Source: Trichoplax sp. H2 (taxonomy: Eukaryota). From it: DNA of 64,000 nt. The DNA lies in contig NOWV01000016.1 of assembly GCA_003344405.1 (NCBI GenBank), positions 744,001 through 808,000 on the forward strand, written 5' to 3'. The notes under the pieces were generated by a model. It was not told the DNA's origin. It made no database searches and saw nothing but the letters and a program-made list of their open reading frames with translations. Shown here one piece after another: positions 40,901 to 59,758 of the stretch. Position 1 is the stretch's first letter. Each line of letters starts with the position of its first letter. The position numbers and the translations under genes were made by a program.

Positions 40901-42489
40901 TTACTGTTTTATCAGATTGAATTGATTGCTCAGAGCTTCCATATTTTCTATCTTCATCGGCAGATGTAATTTGTTGATTATTAAGAGGAGATTCTCTCTC
41001 ATAGCTATTAGTTTGATAATCCTGATTTTGGTTATTTTCAGCATTCATGTCGTGATCACTGGACTGTTTAATACGGCTAGATTCTTCATCATCTTTACTA
41101 GTAGGTATTTCTTCGGATATTCCTGACGAGTCATCACTTAAAGCTCTGCTTATTAAAAATGATCACCTGCTATAGCCCTCCCAGCCAATGAAAATTATTC
41201 AATTGATCATTAATAGACTTACTTAATTGCTTGTTGAATCTTCTCTTCGTATTCACTACCTTCAGAACTATCATGAGAGCTTAGTTCTACTGAATAATTA
41301 TCATCATTATCATCGTCACTGTAATTATTAGAAGATAAGAAAATCGCATTATAAAAAAGCTTACGAGATAATGTTCCTTCTCCTCATATAGCAGAAAGCA
41401 GTTTTACTTACTGATTAGTTCGCCTATCTGCTAAGGTTTGTGATCTATCAATCTCAGTAAAGATGTGTACCAACTTCTGCTTTAATTCAGCAACCTAAAT
41501 AGTGAATCAATTAAAAAAGGTGACCTGAGGGAATATTAACAGATGGACTGAAATAAGCAAAGTAGTGATGATTTTACATGTGCAATTGGTAATATTATTA
41601 CCTCGATATCGACATCAGTATCTTCAGATGTAATAGGAGTTGCTACATCATGGATAAATCTGATATATGCCGTACGGTAATAAATATATGTATTATAACG
41701 AAAAATGTTGTACATATTTACTTTGACGATTTGGATTATAGACGATAATTCACGATACTGAAAGTGAAAGCTAGACGATTAATTTTTGACTGCATAATTT
41801 AAATCGGAGATTTAACGAATTCAGAAGTAACGTGATATAATCTCTAATATAATAAATAAATGATAATACAGTTTCTAAATTATAGCTTAGATTTAAGAAC
41901 ATAAATCCAAAGACAATTCGATATGATCACAAATGTCCACTAATGATAGGGATTGCAGTACAGTTAGATAACTATTGGATAGTGCTGGCTGTGGTGGACC
42001 AAAATGTACCTTTTCTGCTCAAAAGTATGAATTATATTAAAAAAATATTATTCTATAGATTAAGGTAAGAAATTAATTTAATGACTAATAAGACTTTAAT
42101 TTAAAATACAGTAAATTGGCAAGGGTATCAAGCTTTGTTTGCTAATCTATCGAGAGGTAAGATGGATGGAAAGTGGAGATCGATAACCTGCTTTCTTACC
42201 TTGCCTGAATATGGTACTGCTTATTCTGCGAATAATCGAGTACAAAATTTTCATACTTTGATTTTAATTCCAGATAAACTAGCTTCAATTCGTCAATAGT
42301 CAGCAATCCTTGCTGGTAGAGACGGTAAACTTCATCAATTTCATGATACAGATCTTTCCCTTGAAATAGTAATCCTAACTGCAAACTCTCTCGACTGGCT
42401 TGTGCACCAAAAGATTTCTGTAGTTCATCTTCACTACTATCATCACTGGCGTAGTAAGATGCTCGCCAAAAGCTGGTCGGAGCAGCCAT
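37996..42489 (-). CDS. Uncharacterised multi-exon protein, mostly low-complexity D/N/S-rich, with a helical N-terminus and a short C-terminal coiled coil
   Basis: Exons 42489-42200, 41659-41602, 41494-41412, ~41320-41223, ~41147-40712, 40518-40027, ~39906-38246 and ~38056-37996 (EIASLKLDIEEMKRNLFWS*). A 552-codon open frame in AT-rich DNA supports coding. Some boundaries are approximate. Confidence 0.75.
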
Positions 42490-44122
42490 GGTGATAACCT
42501 GTAATTTTTAATAACAGCATTAGAATGAAACTATCACAAAGATTTACATGGATGGCAATGTAAATGAAATAACATAGTCGTTTTATCACTTTTCATTGAA
42601 AACCAAGAATAGTAGTTATATCGAATAGACTACAATTGAACTGTGACTAATTCTCCTTGATATGCTCATTTACGATAGCTTAATGGTTCAATTCTTGTTA
42701 ATTTACTTTTATTCGGCAATTGGTGTAACATTCACTTACGAAATCTTTTCGACTTAAGGTATTGTTTAGTGATATTTTAATTACAGTAATAGTCGATTGA
42801 TATTGAGTACAATGTAATAAAACAAAACTTATCCAGATAAGGAATAACTCGATATTATAAGATGTTCATTTGTAATCCATTCCATCCACTGATACAGTAG
42901 AAGTAGAATATCATTTAACTAATTAAAGGCAAATCCTATAACCAATATCATTCTAATAATTATCACAAATACTACTCGGTGGGTTTGATCGTAATGCATA
43001 TATATATACAAATCGATCTGCCTAAACGAGAAGAGGGTTCAAATGACTTCACATACTAATTTAGTCATCTATTCATTCAGGTTCGAATAATAAATATCGA
43101 GAATGCTGAGAGGAAACAAATTTACAGGGATTAGGATTGATACTTGGGAGTAGTGATAGAGTGTGTTCATGTCATATCCATTCAGCCGATTAAAACTGTA
43201 AAGGTAAGATGTAACCTGACTAATTAAAAGTAAATTTTCTAACCGACACGATACTCAAGAGTTGTTTACTCCTCGATATGACTAAGTTAGTATAGGCTAT
43301 ACACGAACATCAGTCCTTTTGAATAGAAAGAGGGCTCTAGATACTCCTTACGCAATATAAGAATTAAAGTTTGGATCAATTAATATTAAGTAGGATATGG
43401 CGAAAATAACTCCTGAGTGATGAAGAATGACACTTAGGATTAGTGATATAATATTATCAGTTAATTATCAATTCCATTAGTCAGGTTATCAGAATGATAA
43501 AGGTGAAACGTAATTTGACAAATTACAGTATAAATTTTTCTATTACGATCACTCTTGAAAATATTTCAAACACTGCTACTCTATGCCTGTATATACATGA
43601 GGATCAATTTTTTCTTTCAATCTATCTAAACACGATAAAATGAAATTTGTAGCGATGAAAATGACAATATTTTAATTTAATTACATATTGTATTCAATAA
43701 GATACAACCTTAAAATAAAATAGCATTTGATTAGTTCATTAATGATTAGTTACTTGTGGCGAATATCACTATTAGAAATGCTCAAAACATTCACGTCAGT
43801 TATTCTCTAGTCATTATCTTTCTATAGAATTTTACCTGAGATGACAGAAAAGAATCGATGAAATTAACACTTCTTGCTGCTGGTAAGTCCTGTTAATTGC
43901 GATCTTCTTCTTCAATCACGATAGAAGTCTATTGATAACTCAACTAACAACCGAGATTTGAAACAAAAATTCTAAAAATTCTTGAACTAGAATTCAAGTC
44001 CTTGGGTAGCCCATAAGATCATAAAATAATCTCTAAATGCTGGTTCAAAGTTCCAATCGCCCTCAAGGATAACTTAAGTTTTAGTAGCAGACTGGCGTAT
44101 AATAGAGAGGATGTTGTTCATT

Positions 44123-44262
44123 AGTGCTCAATGATAGGGTTAGTTACTATGTTCTCGCTAATTTTATAGACTACAAGATAATTTGTATCATGAGTGCTCA
44201 TTGATGGGGTTAGTTTACTATGTTATCGCTATAACTTTATAGACTACAAGATAGCTTGTATC
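44123..44262. repeat. ~70 bp tandem duplication
   Basis: AGTGCTCA.TGAT.GGGTTAGTT..ATAGACTACAAGATA..TTGTATC occurs twice (44123, 44193). Confidence 0.85.
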
Positions 44263-44416
44263 TTATCTAGCGGCTTGACAAGTTTTATCGTCTGGTCAAT
44301 AACTTTGTAGCCAATCAGCGCACAGAATTAAGCTGACGTAGGATTCATCGCTGAAATTCGACCTTGCATATAATGTTGTACTCAATTACGCATGCTTTAA
44401 CAGCAATCATTGATCC

Positions 44417-44912
44417 TGGTTGTAATTGATACTTTTAACTGGTCAAAAAGATGCCTTATAAGATCATACGGCCTTTCTTGGACATAGAATATCACTGATT
44501 AGATATAGATAGTCTATAAAGGAAGGATCTAAGCTATAATAAGAATTCAATCTTATAGTCACATTCGGAAGGTCAGCGATCAAATTTAGAATAATTGCAT
44601 AAAAGGTAGTCAATCAGTGGGGTAGAGGCATCGCTTTGCCTACCAAAGTGCTATACAGGCTTGTTATGATAAATTATACAATAATCCAGGTTTACAATTG
44701 ATACTTTTGGCCTGCTCAGTAGACGTCTTATAAAGGTTATATAGGCTTTCTTGGACATAAAATGCTATTGCTTAGTTATAGCCTTTCAAGAAAGCTATAA
44801 TAAGAACTAAATCATATACTCACTTATGGAACATAAGCGATCTAATTTAAAATAATTGAATAAGGAATAGTCAATCAGTGGGTTAAGCTGCGTCGCTTTA
44901 TCTGTTAAAGTA
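44417..44912. repeat. Diverged ~270 bp tandem duplication
   Basis: Blocks AATTGATACTTTT, CTTTCTTGGACATA, AAGCTATAATAAGAA and TAGTCAATCAGTGGG each recur 262-274 bp apart. Confidence 0.75.
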
Positions 44913-46905
44913 CTGCAGAGGCTATACGTATCTTATAAACTAAGATTTGTGATTGGAAATGTACCTATTTTGCTACAGTACATTATCATAAATCAGTAGT
45001 GTCATAATAACCTCATAGTTTACCCGTTAGTAGAGCGTTCAAGGTTGTTACCTTGCTAACTAATTGATCTATGCGTAAAGTAGCTTCTGCATACGCAACA
45101 CAGAGGGTACAAGCTGAGTATATTTAAGGGTAATTCAGTAATTTCTAGTCCGTTGATTCCGAGCTAGCGTTTTTACCACTATTTTGGATAATAAATTAAT
45201 TAATGAATTTGTTCATCTAGCAAATCGCCTCCTATTTTATTATGGAATAGAAAATGTACGTTATTCGGATATACTATTGCATAGATACTCATGTCCATAA
45301 TATCTGATTGTCCTCATTGTAGTATATGTCACAGATGCATGTTTCACGCTCTGTACTGTACATGCTATCATTTGTTTTAGATGGCATCCAGAAATACGCA
45401 TAGATGGTTACGCTTTAATCTGGAAGTTTATTGCCTGTAATCCATCTCGGCTAATAATAGGCATCTGTGCTCTGTAACAGGAACGCTTTTTAAAACGAGA
45501 GCACCAAAGCTAGCAGATGATGCTATTAGCGGTAATGTTGCATCCTTTCAAAATTATCATCGCCGTCCTTATCCCCATCAACATTACACATTGTTATTGT
45601 GTATCGATACAGTTCATAAGTGATTACAAATTCTCTTTTGACACTTCTATCCAGTTTGAATTTCCTTCTAACCATTGTAAAACTAATTGGAACTGACAAT
45701 AAAATACCGTTGACAAGTTAAAACATCAAAGTATTCCTAAACCGGATATACAGTATTATTCACACCCATTTTATTCTCAGGTGGTAATTTTAAATTAATC
45801 CTTATCCAATTCTGTAATAAACCTGTATTCTAAAATTTAGTCAAATGACGTCAGAATATACACAAAGTGCAAAAAGTAGCATAACAGCAGTATTATTTCG
45901 CATAGCAAACGTCATGGTCAAATGAAATTGTAACCGTAGCTAATAAATATGCATACACAGATATAATACTTTAATCTATCGTAGACAGTATAACGTGCTG
46001 CACTGCACTCGTTACGAGTAATTTATACAATAAACTGCGTACATAAAAAAAGTAGAATTATACCTCCAAATAAAGAAAAGGAAAGTAAACGTCCATCCTA
46101 AGAGTCATACTTATACCACGATATAAACAACTGTTACATGTGCTGTCATATTGATATCACTATGGGATATTGTAGTGCGTATAATAAAGGTGTAAAAGAT
46201 ACCTATTCAAATATTACGATGATATTAAAATGTTACATTACCAATTTATAAGACAATAAATTTAGTACACTTTGTGATATTGTTAGACCTTAATACAGCA
46301 TAAAAATGGAAAGAGCAATATTTTTCTGTTGAAATAACCTGAAATTTTCAAATTTTTAGATACAATATAGATTACAATAGATACTTATACAAAAGATGGT
46401 TGAAACCAAACAAGGTAATAAATAACCTTCAAAATAGAGTAAATTACTTCTTCGTACTACTGTACTTATTTCCCCTTTAAACTATAGAAACTGACTTCGC
46501 ATTTATTATAACAAAAAATTAGTACGGCGATATTAAATGCGACAACAAATAATCTTTTCCAATCGCTAAGATTGGCTATAATTAATTTCAATTCGCATAA
46601 GAAAATATTAACTCAGTTATGTATAACCACCAAAATGTGAAATTCTCTATGAGAAGAGTTATAATGAGTGGCAGTTTTCTCACATACATGTAGTACATTG
46701 AATTATCAGTCGCCGGTTAATATCAGCAGCAATCAGCAAAACTGTATAATTTTATATACTTCTTAGTGAGTATGCTAGATATTATTTATCTTTCGATCTA
46801 GTATAAAATCTGAAACTTTTTGGACAGCTAAACAAATGTAAAATACAGTAATAAACAAGGATGATAAATAGAAATATATACTCGAAATATACAACAACAA
46901 TAACG

Positions 46906-52288
<5,383 letters not shown>

Positions 52289-52892
52289 CAAGAACCAGGC
52301 TAGCCATGCAAACACACCTCCATCAAGAAAATTAGCATGGGGATCGATGACTAAACTCGTCTCGAGCTGCTTGTCGTTGCCAAGAGGTTGGGCAGTCGTG
52401 ACTAGGTCGGTACCGTCTTCAAAGCAGGGGTAGTGCCTTAAAACAACCATCTATGCTGACTACTTTCACTAGCAACGATGGGAATTTTGCTGTTTGCCTG
52501 CCGTCGTGCTGGATTGCCCATACTGTGCACTAGATCCTCCATACAGTATAGTACCGCCTTCGATGACTGTCCTAAGGGCTACAGTATGACACGGTGCTCT
52601 ATACCGTGTGTCTACACTGTCCACGTTTTGCGGCTCAATAAGGCTTACCAAAGTACAAGAAGTTAGCAGAGTTTACTGCAAGAAATATCACTTGCAACAT
52701 AATTACCATAGAGTACAGTAGTTAAGAGAGAAGAGAGAGAGAGGTACGCTGTTATACATGGCTTGGCTAGTTAGCATACAAGGTAGAATAGCCAATATAT
52801 GACATACAGCGAGTACCAGCTGCATAGTACTGGGAAGTCTGGGGGTGACCAAGGTTACGCCAAAGCACCAATCCATGACCAGATCCAAGGAC

Positions 52893-53853
52893 TATTACTA
52901 GAATAACTACTACAATGACTACTAGAATAATTAGTAGAATTCCTTGTACAATTATTTCTACAATTACTTGTAGAATTACTACTAGAATAACATGTGGAAT
53001 TACTTATAGAATTACTACTAGAATAACTTGTAGAATTACTTGTAGAATTACTACTAGAATAACTTGTAGATTTACTTGTAGAATTACTACTAGAATTTCA
53101 ACTAGAATTTTTACTAGAATAACTTGTAGAATTACTACTAGAATTTACTTGTAGAATTACTACTAGAATTTACTTGTAGAATTACTACTAGAATTACTTA
53201 TAGAATTACTACTAGAATTACTTATAGAATTACTACTAGAATTATTACTAGAATAACTTGTAGATTTACTTGTAGAATTACTACTAGAATAACTTGTAGA
53301 ATTACTTATAGAATTACTACTAGAATTATTACTAGAATAACTTGTAGGTTTACTTGTAGAATTACTACTAGAATAACTTGTAGATTTGCTTGTAGAATTA
53401 CTACTAGAATTTCTACTAGAATAACTTGTAGAATTACTACTAGAATAACTTGTAGAATTACTACTAGAATTACTTCTAGAATTACTAGTAGAATTACTTA
53501 TAGAATTACTTATAGAATTACTTATAGAATTACTTATAGAATTACTACTAGAATTATTACTAGAATAACTTGTAGATTTACTTGTAGAATTACTGCTAGA
53601 ATGACTTCTAGAATTACTACTAGAATTGTTACTAGAATCACTTGTAAATTTAATTGTAGAATTACTACTAGAATAACTTGTAGATTTACTTGTAGAATTA
53701 CTACTAGAATTACTTCTAGAATTACTTCTAGAATTACTACTACAATTATTACTAGAATCACTTGTACATTTACTTGTAGAATTACTACTAGAATAACTTA
53801 TAGATTTACTTGTAGAATTACTACTAGAATTACTTCCAGAATGACTTCTAGTA
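52893..53853. repeat. 12-bp minisatellite (TAGAATTACTAC / TAGAATTACTTG variants), ~80 units
   Basis: Continuous 12-bp periodicity with variant units and occasional 13-bp units. Confidence 0.95.
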
Positions 53854-56800
53854 GCTTTTTCTTCTAGTAGTACAGCCTTCTCATCGACTGCAGCTGAAAA
53901 ATTATATCATTCATTCTTGTATACCCTAGAAGGCTATTCTACCTAGAATGGATGTTTCACTGAAACTGCCACCAATAATTCACACATATGCAGCCATTTT
54001 ACAAATCATATCCAACTATACAGTACTGTGTACAGCTATGATAGCGTTATTAACCCGTCCTTTTTTTAGTCAAGTTTATACGCGTATACAGTACAGTGCT
54101 GTATAATTAATTCATGAATGATATAATATAGATTATATGGATATGTTACGTATAGATAGTAGCTCGTCTATTGTAGATCTGAGTGGACTGAAAATTTGAG
54201 CTGGATCCATTTCGCAGTGGGCATGAGGAAGGTAGCTTATTTTAGTCAACGTTGATGAAAATACTCTATAGGTATTGGTGCAGTCAGAATTTCCCAAAGC
54301 CAACATTTCAGCACGTAGACCATAGTAAAATGATAAAGGGCAGGGAGCCGAAAATAAGCGCTGATAAAAAATCTATCAAGTACCGTAGAATGTTATAACG
54401 ACACGCGTATACCGTATAATTCATTCAACAAGACGTCCATTTCTTGTCAAACTTCACACTTTATTACTCTATATCGATTTCGAATAACAGAATGGACAGC
54501 ATTTTGACATCTACCCACAACAGATTATTTTCATTGGCCAAATTGACATGAAAATTCAAAAGTGTGATTTGTTGAAATTTTCCCATCCAATTTCCATGTA
54601 CGTCTATTATAGAAATTGGATCACTTTTTAGCTCAATTTACCGTTGATATTTACAATCTTATTGTTGGCTTTTGCCGAAGAAAATAAATGCACTCCTCTA
54701 TATCTATACTGTATAACACAGTCTTGTACTATTCACTCTAGCATCTGCTACAAAAACATGATCTACTTTCATTTTAGTGTTCAATATATCGCGTGTATAG
54801 AGGTGGGCGACGGAATTTGCAGTGCGCTATTGGTTTAGTGTGAGATATCAGTGGATGAAAAGTTTTTACCATACTTTAGCTGAAACTGTCGTACCGCTAA
54901 ATACTTATTCTCTCTCTAAAAATAATTTCCAATGGGCGTTCATTTGGAATTTTCAAATACAGAAGTGTTGCAAATTTCAGTCTAGGCACATGCACAACCG
55001 GCGGGTATTCGGTCAGCGATTACTAAACTCTTTGTCCCTGATTGGGTAGACGTACAGCGTGAACCAGTTCTAATCAGAGTACTTCAAGGTGCCCTAAAAT
55101 CACAACTATCTGTACGTATAGAATTTTAAGTAAATTTTGCAGCTTTACTACAAGTTATTTTGCCTAATAGCACTGTAAAGAGAACTGGCTCTCATTGTAT
55201 GCGTACACGTGTAGGAACGCTCAAATATACGGAGTGGTGAGAAATGTTAACTTTACGTGTATCAAACTCCACTTGGTGACAAAAACGCCTCTTCGCTTGT
55301 AAAATTATCGTGTACTTCCGTACAAAACATCGGTGATCGGCTAGCCCTGGAAAGCATTTCCGGTTTAAGCGGGGACTCCATATTAACCTTCAAAAAGAAC
55401 AACAACAAACCGGTAGATCCATTCTTGGACTATTTGGGTGGCCATTGGAGCCGTACAGTGTACAGTGTACAGTACCATGATGTCGGCCTACAGTACAGTA
55501 CACTGTAACAAGAACAGCCAGTACTGCTCATGTACAGCGTACAGTGTACAGTCCATTGTAAACAGTACTGTGAACATTGCACTGTACATTGTACTCGACA
55601 GTACAATGCATTTCCTGGACCAGGCTGACCCGCTACTGTTGCAGTCGGGTATTCGAAAAGGCACACGTGTCTATTGTCGCGTCAAACCCCAGAAAACGTG
55701 ACACCACCCAGACTCATCTGCAAGTTGAAAACGTTCGCCGATGGGTCAATCAGCGGCATGTTGGAGAATGCGCCGTGGAGGAAAACTCTCCACTCTCTGC
55801 TAGATCTTGTGGACAACACCATCTCAAGTGGTGGAAAAGCAATTTCTTAGATTATTAATAGTCAACGATCTTGCTGATTTCAAGGAAGGATACCTTGGAC
55901 TATATCGCCAGGTCTTGATAATATTGTTGGTATTATTTTGAAGCAGTTTTATCGAGGATACAGGCGTGCATCAGTACAGTATTGCCCTAGGATAACCATT
56001 GAAAAACAACAATCATCAGCTAGTGGTTGATTTGGACGGAGGAAACCATTCCAGTCAGGTTTTTTTTTACAATGTTACTTTATCCTAGACTAGATCTGAG
56101 AAGAAAGCTTCAGTTTCATTCAATCGAACATAGAGAGACATAAGATGAAAGTGAATCTGCTTGTGATGGCTACTTCAGTCAGATTTTTACAATATTATTT
56201 TGCAATACTGGTGGTGACCAGTGACCACTAACTCTGCCTTATTATACTGTAACAATACTGATGTATATACAGTATGAACGTGACCGTATGCAAAGTCGGT
56301 CTTTATCTGGCATGATATTTTGCAAAATGCCCGTATAAAAACATTTAATCCTTAGTAGACGATAGATAGACGTAGAAGAAAGCCAATTTGTTTCGAGTAG
56401 CTACTTCAGTCAGATTTTTTTCCCACTGATACAATTACAAATTGGCTTTGTAGAAGAAGAAACAACTCAATACCATAAACGTAAAATACAATCTATTCTG
56501 ATCAGTTAGTAAAAGTAAAGGCTATGCCAGTCAGGTTGAACAATTTTGCTTTTCCATGCCGGCTTGTATCAAATAATGAATTATTTATGAATTATAATTC
56601 ACGTTCACTGTAGATTATTGGCTAAGGATAAAATTACAAATTGATCTTTATAGTAGAAGATAATTGTACTCATGTAGACGGTCAATGAAAAGTATTATCA
56701 GTTCAAAGTGCCCCTTTCTAGTATAGTTGATTCACTGTCAACTGCCAGTGAATTTTTACTGATGGCATTTGCTTTCATATTATTCTCTCTAGATTCAACA

Positions 56801-57838
56801 TGGATTCTGATGCCAAACACACGTATGCGACACCGACACATCAGTATGATCTTGCAAGACTCAGTCGGACCGATCTCAATAGTGATAATGCCCGTGTCTT
56901 ACGCAAATCAATGAGGTAATTAAGCCAATTTAGTATTGATAAAGGAAAAGAAAATTGTTGAAGGAGTGCAATATTGCTATGCATGATGTACAACTATATA
57001 CAGATAGTTATAATAACAACTGGAAAGCTTATTGGTCCATGCTATGTCTCTCGAAATAGCATTAAAAAAGTAATGTACTACGTGATTAACTTCGATGGCA
57101 AGATGGCGTCGAAAATTGAAAGTTGCAATTTGTTACAACTCCTGTTCAAAATCGATATGTACAGGCAGGAGGATGTCTGCAGAACATGAATATGATGATA
57201 AAATAAACGTACAATACGATGCCATAGTAAAAATACTTGTTTTAATGGTGGACCGTTATTTCAGCAAAATCGGCCATTTTTTTTACAGTCGTATTAATAG
57301 TATTATACTTGGTACAAGGGATCGTACCTTAATGCAATTTCAACCATGCACAAATACAATGGATTACTGATCCCTATCTAGTAGAGTTAGGGAAGAAGTA
57401 AAACATCAATCTACAATTTTTATACTAATAGATGTAGTTTTGAAAAACGTCCATTTTTAGATCAAGTATTGTACGGTCGTACAGTGTGCGCTACCTTGCT
57501 ATTTAAATTGATTGGCATATACATAAATGTCACCATTGTGGATACTCTGGCGATATTTGACAATTGCTCTTTATTCTCCGAGCAAGAGAAAATTACTAAA
57601 TCCAAAATTAATTATTATACTTATCGTTGCTACTCAATATCCATAATGATATTATTGAATGATACAGTATTACGCGTAGGATGATAACAAGAATTTAAAT
57701 ACAATGAAACAATAAACTTGAATATTTTCATACTTTTAAACAATCTAAAGTCAATGACTTCTTTATGCTGTATTCAAGCTTACTTTTCTTTTCATAATTT
57801 AATACAATTATGGCACTATATTATTCTCTAGGACATCG

Positions 57839-59758
57839 ATGATGATGAAAATCGCACTCCTGATCTACGCTATTGCCATCACTGTCGTCGCCATCGTCTT
57901 ACTTACCATATCACAATTGAATAAAGAAAGTAATCATCCCTGTCGGAATTTCTATGGTATGCTATTGCATCTTACTATGTATAGTAATTAAGGAATAGTA
58001 TCGCAAATCATATTGCTTTCTAAGAAATGGAAAAATTGACCCAATTTTTTCTTGATTAAGAACTACCTTTATAATTAATTTCAACTACGCATCCTTCTTT
58101 AAATACCCTAGTGCTACTGCTTTGGGTTATTCTGTAACTGTAAAATAATGCTACTGTTGTTACGGTCAATCACTAGGATTGACCGTAACACTGTCAGCAA
58201 TAGTATATGCCAATTGGAGCCATTTCTTACTGTGTATATGTAATAACAACCGAATTGATTTAATCCATTTAATAACTAGACGATAGGCGTATCCTGGTTC
58301 AGTCTTCACAAGTTGTGGCTCGAGCTACCAATTATTTACTAGCACATCAACGGGCTACTGGTGGCTGGGGGAGCATCACATTAACTTCTCAAGTGGTTAT
58401 TGCGTTACGTTTAGGCAGTGGAATAAATGTCGCACGAATGGTAAAGTAAGTGTCTCAGTCAAATCATGTATACCAATCATCAATTGATTTTCGATGTACA
58501 GTAATTACGTAGATACTGCATTACAGCTACTTTTACTTTACCAGCCATTTTTGCATTCATAGGATAAGCCACCTCTTTATTATATTAACTCATCCTAGTA
58601 ATGTTAATTGCTTAGTGTAGCAAATTACCTTTATAACAATTATATTCAAGTCGTTACAACTGCCGACTGTATAAGCAATCATAAATTTTTTCCTTACTAA
58701 CTTCTCTTCACTCATCTTTTGCCAGTTCATCATCCGCTGTTAGTTCTCTTTCTATCGATGAATATTATGTATCAGTAATTAAAAATGATATGTATCAAGC
58801 CAACTCTTCTATTACACCAGGCCAATTGGCTTACATTGTAATGGCCTTACATGCTATGTGCAAGGATACAAGCCAATTTTTTGGAATGAATTTAAATCAA
58901 AAATTAATGAACAATTTAGAAGATTATCCAAGTAAAAATTTTAATCATCCTTATGCTTATAGTTTAACATTACTAAGCTTATGCTTGACAAACAGTAAAT
59001 ATAAATCGAATCTAGTCCACAAATTACAAGTAATGCAATCATCAGATGGAACTTGGGCTGATTTAGATACAACAGCTATGGCAATTTTAGCACTAAATTG
59101 TGCCGATAGCAGTAGTAATAGTGCCATATCCAAAGGCGTCCAAGCTTTACTCTCCAAGCAATCCAAAACAACTTATCAATTCGGGAATGAGTATACAACT
59201 GCTCATGCGGTACAAGCTATGCTATCGCAAAGAATACCTATATCAAAATGGAATTATATGAAAGTACTCCATGAACTTATGAAATATGAGATAGCCAACG
59301 AAGGGTTTGGCAGAATTGACAACACAGCTGCTGTATTACCGTCGTTGGCAAGTGCAGTTTATCTAGACTTGAAAACTGTAACCTGCGATGAGCCAAATGC
59401 TAGTACTGAATTTCGTATTATCACTATTGTCTACACTGTTCGATACCAATGTTTACCTTACGTCAATCGAACAGATGAAAAGTCAGTTGCTGTGGCATCA
59501 AAAGCAGATAGCCCTATGCTAACGTTTATGCGTGCTGCTGAAGTAATCAATCCGGCATATCGATTTACAGTCAAATATCATGCTACATTCAGCGCTTATA
59601 CGGTGGAAAAAATTAACAATATCTCAAGCCAAACAAGTAACCAATTATGTCATTGGTTCCTTCAAGACGATGTGACTAATCACGAAATAATGTTGGGCGT
59701 TTCACACTATATGCCCCAAAATAACGCTAAAATAGCTTTTATTTATCGTAGGCCATAG
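57839..59758 (+). CDS. Cobalamin-binding protein (transcobalamin/gastric intrinsic factor/haptocorrin family)
   Basis: Exons 57839-57956, 58280-58445 and 58726-59758 are phase-consistent. Hydrophobic N-terminus; alpha-domain motifs TPGQLAYIVMAL..C, YSLTLLSLC, DLDTTAMAILALNC, FGNEYTTAHAVQA; beta-domain motifs YTVEKINN..W...GVSHYMPQNNAKIAF. Confidence 0.85.
58158..58190. repeat. Perfect 14-bp inverted repeat in intron 1 of the cobalamin-binding gene
   Basis: TGTTACGGTCAATC-ACTAG-GATTGACCGTAACA. Confidence 0.8.

Noticed and set aside
52915-53867. RITT/VILV-repeat ORFs
   Set aside because: By-products of a 12-bp minisatellite, with frame-breaking units.
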